Of a stretch of DNA of 64,000 nt, positions 1 to 9,900 are shown in pieces. The notes beneath the pieces were generated by a model, which worked only from the letters and a program-made list of their open reading frames with translations, did no database searches and was not told the origin of the DNA. Made by a program: the position numbers and the translations under genes. Within the stretch, counting starts at the first letter, position 1, and each line of letters begins with the position of its first letter. The stretch lies in assembly GCA_964035545.1 (NCBI GenBank), contig OZ037769.1, positions 14,414,633 to 14,478,632 on the forward strand, given 5' to 3'. Origin of the DNA: Bugula neritina (taxonomy: Eukaryota; Animalia; Bryozoa).

Positions 1-131
1 TTGACTGAAGTAATATTTTAAAAAAGGCTATGAAATGTAGCCATCTTTCTGCATTCCTAATATTGGATAGTGTCTTTAGGTTTTGTTAGTAGAATTGACT
101 GTAGCTGTTCTTATATTATTTCTGTACCTAG

Positions 132-3100
132 GTAACTGTAGACAAGGCATTGACTGTACTTATGAGTGCTGTACCTTCACCCAAAGAACCAGCTCCAAAT
201 GATCAAGTGACTTACATCTTCCAGCAATCTGTTCCCATCCCTTGTTATCTGATAGCCATAGCTGTTGGGGATCTCACTTCCAAGTAGGTCCCTTGCTAAA
301 CATTAGCAATTCAGTTGGTATATAATGATTGACTGATATGCACACTAATAACTGTTAGTGGTACTCATACACTAATAACTGTTAGTGATACTCATACACT
401 AACAACTGTTGGTGATACTAATACTCACACTAATGACTTGCTAGTGGTAATCATATTCATACTGTAGTTTCAGAAGATCCTAGTACTTAATTTTAGATAT
501 GCTTTCACTCAGTTTTATTGGCTGATCAACCAGTTCTTGCCTCTCAGGTTTTGATTTTTTACAAAACCCATTGTTTTCTACGTTTATTTAGGTCAAATTT
601 TTCAAGAAAAAATTTCTGGTTTGAACCCATAGTTTTACCTTCCTACTTTAGAGCAAATACTTGGTGCTATTTGCATTAGGCAGCGCGGTTACAAGTTTGG
701 GCACCAAATAGTGCTAAAAATATTCAAGTGGCTGCTAAATTGTTATGCTGATAGTATTTGGATATTTTTGTTCCTATTTTTTTCAGTTGGGTGGTGGCAG
801 TGTTGCTGGTATCTTCGGTACAACTAATAAATTATATATATTGCCAGGGTGAACAGCGCATTCTGCTAACCTTTTGTACCCTATGGAATAATGTTGGCAG
901 TTGATCTATGTCTTCAGACAATTGTTTTAAATAAGAGAGAGAACTATGTGGTTAAATTCATTCATAGTAATACTAATGATACTTGCCTCCACCTGTTCCG
1001 TCTCACAGCAAGCCTTGTCACTCCCAACATGCTTGTTTTAAACACACTGCTTGTCTTGTAGGAAAGTTGGACCAAGAACCACAGTGTGGACTGAACCTGA
1101 AATGATTGATGACGCTGCGTGGGAATTTGAAAAGGTTTGTTTTCTATTTTTTTAGATCGAACTTTGTTCATTTTGTAGGACTTGCTGGTTTTTGAACAAT
1201 TTACTTTTATTTCAGACCGAAGAAATGCTGAAAACCGCTGAGGATCTGTGTGGGCAATACATTTGGGGTATTTATGATATACTTGTGTTACCCCCAACCT
1301 TCCCTTATGGTGGAATGGAAAACCCATGTCTAACTTTTGCTACACCCACACTAGTAGTAAGTGAAAATACCACAATAACTACATATGCTATTCTTCAATA
1401 GTTTATTAATTTTCCTCTTGATATAGATTGCTTTTTTGTCTTAGTAGAAAATAATATAATTTCTCTTGGATCTGTTTTAATATTTTCTTGATATGGATTA
1501 TTTTGAAAGAACCTATTGGCACTTTCAACTGACTACAGATCCATAATGCATTTATTTTGTGTGGAGTTGACAAAGCATGATATCTTCATCTCTCCTTTCT
1601 AAACAGTTTAATGTCTTTATTTGAAAGTTAGACTATAAGATGTCAGTTTTGTTCACTTGTAATTGCTAGGTGGGTGATCGTTCCCTCACCAACGTCATCG
1701 CTCATGAAATAGCTCATAGCTGGACTGGTAATTTGGTTACCAACTTCAACTGGGAGCATTTCTGGTTGAATGAGGGACACACAGTGTTTGTGGAGAGAAA
1801 GATTATTGGTAGACTGCACGGGGAAGATGACCGTCAGTTTGCTATGAACAGTGGCTGGACTGAACTCTCACATACTGTAAGTTCATGCCGTTCGTATTTG
1901 CACTGCAGTCAGTAAGTGGAAGATCTTTGTGTTAATATTATCAAATCTTATATGTTAATACTCCAGGGAGCAGCTGTGGTCTAAGGGTTAAACTTTAGAG
2001 CGTTTCTTAGCAAACTCGAAGTCATGGGTTCGAACCCGAATAACGGCCATTGGTGATGTTAGGAAGAGCATCCAACATAATTGCTCCTGTGCCACGTATG
2101 AATAAGTCCTTAGCCCACTTTAACAAAAGCCCTTTCCACCAGGGGCTTCTCATGACTAAACCTGTGGGAGTTATGCGTTAATATTCCAGCGGAGTATGGA
2201 GGTTTGTACATCATACAGCCTTTAGAGGTTTATTGGTTTACTAAGTTTACAAGTTCTCTCATGAATGTGTGACTATGTCATCTAAGGTGTTGCCTAGTCC
2301 GTGTGAATATGTACATTTCTGAACCTACGTGAACATATCTGTATCTGTGTGGCATGATTAGATTAAAGAGTTTGGCCCCACTAACCCTCTAACCAAACTG
2401 GTCCTGGACCTCACGGATGGAACACACCCCGAGGATTCTTTCTCTACGGTGCCGTATGAGAAGGGGTCTGCCTTTCTCTACACCATCGAGACAGCCCTAG
2501 GGGGAGCAGGTAACTCTGCGGTTGGGCCTGGCAGATTCAAACCATAGCCTGGCATTTAGATGAACCAATATGACAAGACTGAAAATATGTAGCTTTTTTG
2601 CATGTCCCCTAACTTAAACTCCTCCTCATTGGTGGGTTTCGTGGGTTCTCTTGCGATAGAGCTGACCGTTGGGAATAAACCCACTTTGGACTAATCTACT
2701 TTTTTATGTTTCTAGATTAGAAAATTTGGTGAGACTAACCAACTTACTAAGTTAGTAGTTAACCTGTGTGGTGTGTCCCCTGAAGATTCCTTCTCAAAAG
2801 TGCCTTATGAAAAGGGTTCAGCTTTACTTTACACCATTGAGTGTGCTCTTGGTGGCGCAGGTTAGATTCAAAATTTATTTGAAAAAGTCAGTCGTCAGCT
2901 TAAAGTCTCATGTAGCAAGTCAAAAGTCATGTTTCGGAAGATTCCGATTTCAATCTTGTGATAAGTGTTCAGGTTGCACGAGCTATGGTTTGAGTCTACA
3001 CCCAACTTTCATATCCATGTTTGTGAATAATTTGTCTAGAGTTGAATTGTGTGTTGTTACTTTAGTCTCTAAACTATCTTTAGTACAATTGATTTAATTT

Positions 3101-5617
3101 TAAATTTTTACTATTTTAATTTAGTAAGATAGTATGTTTTTACCATATTTTTGCCATAGTCTTGGTTTCACTGGAATTACATTACTATGTACACAGTATG
3201 ACATCACCATGTTCACAGTATGACATCACTATGTACGCAGTGTGACATCACTATGTTCACAGTATGACATCACTATATCCACAGTATGACATCACTATGT
3301 TTACAGTATGACATCACTATGTACAAAGTATGACATCACTATGTTCACAGTATGACATCAGAATACTGATAACAATACTAATAATATTTTCAGCTGTTGT
3401 GGAGCCCTGGCTAAGAGCCTATATTCAGAGGTTTAAATTTAAATCTATCAAAACTGATGAATGGAAGGAGTTCCTGTACTCCTACTTCAGCACCGAGGAA
3501 CAGGTTGGTGAATATTAGCTGTTAGCTGCCTGTGAAACACCTGCTTTTTCAGTATTTTTGTCCCAGATTAACATTTGCTTTTTATGTGGAACCTTTAAAC
3601 TATATGCCTTACATCAAACTTAGAAAATGTAGAAGGAAACACTTGAAAATAGCAGCTTCAAAGCTCTTTAGCATTTGGCTAAGCAAATTGATCAAGAGGA
3701 CCTGAGTATTTTATTTGTTAGAGAACAGCTTTTGGAGTCAGTTTTACCCCAACTCTACTTTCAATTAATCTGTTGAAAAGTGATTGAGAGGTGAGACTGT
3801 GAGGGTTGAGGAGTCTCCGAAACATATAGAACTCAAAATTTATAAGCTTTAACACTATTTGTAGCAAACGGCCCTGAATGGAATAGACTGGGAGGGGTGG
3901 CTCAATACACCAGGGATGCCGGCTAACAAACCAGAGTAAGTTATTAACTTGTCAGTTTATATCTACATAGCTTTTCGACACACTCTCACTATACTACTCG
4001 TCATCAGTTGCAATCTCTTCCTGTTCCATTTTATTCCTTATTTGCTGGTCAACGCACCTCAAATTTTGTAATATCTGCACTGTGGAATAAGTTGCCTAAA
4101 TTTTTAAAGATTATACAGCCACTTGGTAAATTTAAAGCGGAATTGAGGCATCACCTCCACTCTGTTGAGTGATCTGTGGTGCCTTGTATGGTAATGCCAA
4201 CATTGGGCCCGCGTACCACTAGCCATGCTATTTCGCACTGGGCCTCATCATCATTTTCGACAGCTTATTTTGATATACTGTTATTTGTTACTATGTTTCT
4301 TTTCTAATTGCTTGTTCTGCTCTTGTAAATTATCCTAGTTGTAAAAATGATGAAAATAAAACACACACACACACACATTATTCACAGAATATATAACTTA
4401 CATGATGTCGAATATTTTCCAATCAGAGTTTCCGTAATATTTAGTTACGTACTCTTTTGCTGACTTTACTTGATCGTTTTTTCTCAACTTTTACAGCTAT
4501 GACATGACTTTGTTTGAAGCTTGTGAGACACTGTGTAACAGATGGTGGGGTGGTACTGATATCCCCACCACCAGTGCTGAGTTTGACGCTTTCACAGTCA
4601 ATCAGAAGATCGCTTTTCTGGCTGAATTGCTGCTTAAGGTACGTGGGTTGTGATTGGCTGCTGAAGGTACGTGGGTTGTGACTGGCTGCTTTAATCACTA
4701 CTAATCCATTGTTGGAAGTGAAAGAGAAAAAAACATACACCAGGAAAAGAAATTTATTAATAAAAGGCTCTATGGAGCAATAAAACTGTAGCTAGTTGAT
4801 GCGCACAAACCATGAATGGTTGACAGTCGTAAAAAGTTTTACCAAATGTTTTTAACTCTAATAGTCAGAAGGAATATAGAGTTGTCTTTCTTCATAGGAT
4901 GCCATGCCGGTAGAGAGAATCTTACAGATGGGAGATCTGTATGAGTTACCAAAGAGTCACAATGCAGAGATTGTGAGCAGGTGAGTTAGTACACACACAC
5001 ACATTAGTTTCACATGACACATGTATGCTTTCACTAATATAATATATAGTGTTTATGTTATGTATATCTCTTCATACATTTCATCAGATGGTACCAGCTG
5101 TGTCTTAGAGGACGAACTCGCAACCAATTAGATCCCACGTTACTGTTTGTCACCGAAGTCGGTAGGATGAAGTTTGTACGGCCTTTGTACCAGTGAGTAT
5201 AGTAGACTTAGAACTAGATATCTTTTTGTACCGTCTGTCATATTATAGATATGACATTCTATCGCACTGTAGGGAATACTGTCTACACTTCTATAGCTAG
5301 TAGTATATGCAGTATATTCAAATGTTGACGTATTTATAAAGCAAACTTTAGAAGAAGTATGTACATATATAAAGCTGAGTACAGTTACATATACACCCAC
5401 ACACATGCTCGCACACATGTGTATGTCTGCTCTGCAAAGACACGTATATATAGAACACATAAAATAACGAACAAGTACAGTGTATGTCTCTCTTTACAGG
5501 GACATGTATGCATTTGAAGATGTGAGACAGATTGCTATTGATACCTTTGAGACTAATAGACCCAACATGCACCCTCAGACTGCTGCTATGGTAGCAAAAG
5601 ACCTTCACCTTGAATAA
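132..5617 (+). CDS. LTA4H: Leukotriene A4 hydrolase / M1 zinc aminopeptidase, paralogue 1 (first exons lie upstream of the window)
   Basis: GT-AG exons with consistent phases: 132-283, 1062-1134, 1216-1356 (PYGGMENP), 1670-1876 (HEIAH...NEGHT zinc motif), 2362-2509 or 2716-2860 (VPYEKG), 3394-3503, 3865-3935, 4497-4638, 4898-4980, 5088-5192 ([10 protein letters not shown]), 5500-5617 (stop TAA). Confidence 0.93.
342..450. repeat. Short intronic minisatellite (~27 bp unit, 3-4 degenerate copies)
   Basis: Repeated cactaataactgttagtggtactcata-like unit. Confidence 0.7.
1967..2176 (+). mobile_element. tRNA-derived SINE, copy 1
   Basis: A-box-like tggtctaagg and B-box ggttcgaacc; body shared with the copies at 32793 and 39385; flanked by a ~13 bp direct repeat GTTAATA(C/T)TCCAG (1954-1966 / 2177-2189). 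Confidence 0.8.
2716..2860 (+). CDS. LTA4H: Duplicated alternative LTA4H exon (candidate mutually exclusive with 2362-2509)
   Basis: ttctag|ATT...GCAG|gttaga; translates [48 protein letters not shown]; same phases (0 to 1) as 2362-2509. Confidence 0.8.
3184..3360. repeat. 22-bp intronic minisatellite (~8 copies)
   Basis: Unit cagtatgacatcactatgttca; a homologous array sits in the same intron of paralogue 2. Confidence 0.9.
3960..4377 (+). mobile_element. 3' end of a CR1/L2-type LINE (5'-truncated)
   Basis: Translates HYTTRHQ...[42 protein letters not shown], the typical WNxLP..FK..L ORF2 tail, followed by 3' UTR, AATAAA and a (CA)n tail. Confidence 0.7.
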
Positions 5618-6087
5618 ACATACTCCTTCCTGCAGACTGAAGTTCCATGCTATCACTTTACTACATCGCATTGTTTTTGCACTAGTTTAGTCTACGCTCT
5701 ACACCAGTATTCTATATCCTTATATGATATTAAACTTAATTTTTTGTGTAAGACATTTTTTTCAGTAATTGATTTTTTTTCCATTCTGTTGGTTTGGATT
5801 CTTTTACATGGCTAATGTATGCATGTTTATATTTTACAATATTGTGTATAATATTATATTTTCCCTTCCAGAATTGAAAGCATTTCAAACTACACGATTT
5901 AGAATAAATTTTATCATATATCTACAGCAAATAAAATACATAAATAAATTAACATTTATTGTCAATGTCATGCATAATATAGTGTTTCAAATGTTAAAAA
6001 GTGCAGAGAATGAAAACCGAGATATAATGAAACTTTTAACATCACCCATTATAGCCGACATTATGTAATATTTCTATATATATATAT

Positions 6088-6503
6088 TGTAGTGAATTTC
6101 CCAATTCACTATATTATGTGGGTCTACTTATTCAAAGCTACTTCACCAGGTTGCTCACGTTAGATAGAATTTATTATTTACAAAAGATACAATAAATGAA
6201 ACTACCAAACTAATTACACGATTACATAATACAGAGCAATCTATACACAACTACTCTATGCCAAGTCCCAAGCTGCTCTGCCCGGCTAGCTGCCTAGCAT
6301 GCTTCCACTACGCGCAGCTAGCTCCACCTGATACTAATTAGCAGTCATTCCTGATTGGCTAGCATTAGTGGTGCCACTGTCAACTATCAGATGCTGTCGG
6401 CTGGGTAAGATGCTGTCGGCCTCCACAATAACAGGACATAGAGTCGACCCTTTCGATATATCCCTAAGTTAACTAAGTACTTACGGTACTAAAATCCACT
6501 ACA
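6088..6503 (-). mobile_element. Solo-LTR-like element (family differs from the full-length Gypsy)
   Basis: TG...CA ends with ~12 bp imperfect inverted termini (tgtagtgaattt / aaatccactaca); CCAAT and AATAAA on the minus strand; no exact TSD visible. Confidence 0.55.
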
Positions 6504-6980
6504 TTAAGAAGGCTGCATAGGAAACATTATACTATATTACATCAAGAGAAGAAGCCTTATATCATGGACTAGTTATAGTAACTTATCCTTAGTGAAGATA
6601 CTGCTCAGATTAATGAATTTTTCACATTTAAAATTACACAGGCTAGAAAAGAAACAATAACAAAGCAGAAATCTAGCATAGTATTTGGGAAGGAGGAAAA
6701 GTTACATAGATCACATTCAGTAAATGACTTTATGATATTAGCAAACATTCAGATCACGTAAGTTATGTAGAACGGATTGTAAACTCTAATTGGTAGAACA
6801 GCAATTATCAAAATATAAAATAATTTTGGAATAAAAAGGGAGATATAGAGTAAATAAAGTAAATTACTTTAGGATAACAATATAAGTTTATATGATGTGA
6901 ATTCAACTGCAGAATCAGTTAATTTTCAAGATTCCAATTCCCTGTCTATCGACAGACAAGTAGAAAGTAGAACAGATTGT

Positions 6981-9900
6981 TCAGTTTATTTGGTAGAACA
7001 GTACTTTACTTTCATTGAATCTCGGGACTATCAGAGTATTTCCTGTCACGTGCAGATCAAATACATGAGAGTTAGTTCTTATAGCAGCATCTGAGATCTC
7101 TGTCAGCAGTTTACCTGAATATATGAATATATAATATAGATTAGTAAGTATATAATGTAGATTATTAAGTATATAATATAGATGAGTAAGTATATAATAT
7201 AGATGAGTAAGTATATAGTGTAGATTAGTAAGTATATATTCTAACCTGTATTCACATCCAGTATCCAGACTCTGGTGGTTTTACTGTGATTAGTAACAAA
7301 CACTCTCCCTCCGTGGTATGCTACACCTTCGGAGTCGGGTACATCTTGTGATGTCCATTCAACTTTTCCATTTGGAATATTCACTTTAAACACTTTAGAA
7401 GTTTGATAATCAGACACAACAACAGAGAGATTGTCTACGGCACACATTGATACCCAGTTAGGACTGAGTAGAGGACAGTGAATGTGTTTAATTACCTTCC
7501 CTGTAAGAGAGTAAACTGTTAGTCTCTTGTTCTGTCTGTCTGGTATAACAACCTGCTCACTAACAACTGCTAGTTTACTAAAATACCGACTCTTGTAATC
7601 AGTATGAGTCCACCTGGTGATGAGATTCCTTGTCAGATCATGTACTGTGACTGTGTAAGGGATACCATATTCTAAAGTATACAGTCTGTCCTTGTATACA
7701 GCTACACTGAGTACATAGTTACCTACTCCTACAAACTCCCTACTGAGTTGGTTATTATCATCTATTATATCTACTCTACGGCTCTCTATCCCAACATAAG
7801 TGTTTCCCTCATAACTACAGACTGAAGTACAGTAGCTAGACACAGGAACTGTATGCAGGAGAGACAACTGCGTAGGTAGAGTATCAGGAGTTGTCAGTCC
7901 ATATTCCAAGTCTATTGACACATTTTTTGAGGTGACAACTTCTACTTCAACTTCCCTATTCTCATCTACAATGAAGAAACTCATATGAGATTATTAAGAG
8001 ATAAAAATTGCAACTTGACATAAAGAAATGTGTGAATTTTATGACAGAAAAGTACTGAAATGTGAATGTTCTGCAATAGTTTTGTAAACAAATGTGTTTG
8101 ACAGTACATACTTTTATATTTAAGTCGCCCACATTTCTTAGCCAATTCAAGTAATAAGCCTTTAGCCTTACTACTTACTATACTGCTTACTAAAAAAGAA
8201 GCATCTAAGCTGAAAAAGTTTTAAAAAATCAACATTTATTAATATTCGAGTCTAACCTTTGACCTCTAGAGTAGCCATATTTAATAGTTTCAGAGTTGGA
8301 AAGTTCCCTGATAACAACTTCTTAATCTGGTTGATTGTCTCTCCATGTTTGTTTATAATGTCCACCTAAAGATATTGTTATAATTTTCAGATTTAGGGTT
8401 GATGTGCTATCCAGAGAGTCTATTTATCTAGTATAGAACTGCACCAGGCTAAGTCGATAGAACGAGTATATTTTATACACAACTATATATTATAAAAACA
8501 CGATACATTATTTCTAACAAGTTACACATCTAATCTATTTCACACTCTAGCTTCGACTGAGCTAGCAGCGGGAAACTACAATTGCTGCTAACTATCAACT
8601 ACGCTAATTGGCTATCCATTGTTCCGGGTCAATTACGCGACCCTACCTGTTGTGCTGCTGGTAGTTCCACGAACCACCACACCGCCCCCACCAGCAGAAA
8701 GCCATATTTCTGATATATATAAAAAAAAACATTCAATAGTAATTGCATACATCAGTGGACAAAAATAATACATAATATACAGGAAGAGACATAATAATAG
8801 ACAGAGTCATCATAACGATCCGTTGCATACAATTGGCCAGCTGTAGATAGACGAGGAATACTAGCTAGCTGTGGTATTAGACAAGGAATAACCTGTCTAG
8901 CAGTTAAGCATTTGCACGATTTTGGTTCCTCACCAATGTGGAGTTGTGGAGTATTCTGGGTAGCATACTAGAGTCCTTGTTGGGCACGCCGGTGCTTGGC
9001 TTGGCATGTACGCAGTTTCCGTTTCATACGGCATACGGATCCCTTCAGCTGGAAGAGTCCTGTGGTAGTGTTAAGTAGATCTGGCGCCAGCTGGGTGAAC
9101 TCTTCTTGTAATCGTAGGAGGCGTTCTTCTACTGTAGCTAGTCGTACTGGGTCTGGGGACGGTGTCCGTCTGCGGCGTAAGGGTGGACTGGGGGACCTGG
9201 TCCGTCTCTTCGCCGGGGTAGGGGAGATCTCTCCTTCTTCTGGATATGTAGTTTCCTCGGGGGTGTATGTAATTGGAGGGCGGTCAGACACCAGCGGGGA
9301 TTGTTGGCGGGCGTTGTCTAACACACGTTGGAACCCCGAGGATAGAACGGCTAATAGCATGGCCTTCTTTACCAGAGGTCGTATATATGTGAGGAACTCC
9401 GGGTACAGCTTAGCGTCGACCACATAGTTTTCTCCAGGGGAACAGCCCGCCGCTCTGTGTCTGGTGACGGGGTAGGGATACACATCATTGTACCCGCAGG
9501 GGCAGAAGGTCAGTAGGAGATGGGCATTGACGTGTAGTTTAAGGGAGCGGTGAGAGGCGCAATCTTCACCACAGATCTGGCATCTCGTCCGTCCTCTGGA
9601 CCCCCAGGCTGTTTCTATTTCTTCTTCGGTTTGTGGAGACACCCACCGCCAACGGCGGCGTAGTGGCTCAGGCCGGTCACCGCTAGCATAGTCCTCCGGA
9701 TACGGAGCGGGAAGTGTTCTATCCCGTACCCTGGTTGTAGCGGGTCGAGTGTAATCTGAAAAAGTTTCAACAGTGTTAGTACAGTACACTGCTGTGTTGT
9801 CAGCTTGAACAGCTTGGCAACTCCTAATTCAGTTACCTCGTAGAGATTAATGATAGTGAATAGTCAGATAGAACCGTATTGCAATGAGATTATAAAAATC

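Noticed and set aside
2768-3097. 109-aa ORF in the LTA4H intron
   Set aside because: Off-frame overlap of alternative exon B running into intron sequence.
8968-9789. ORF3 as an env gene
   Set aside because: No signal peptide, fusion-protein architecture or C-terminal transmembrane anchor; it has zinc-finger and basic motifs instead.
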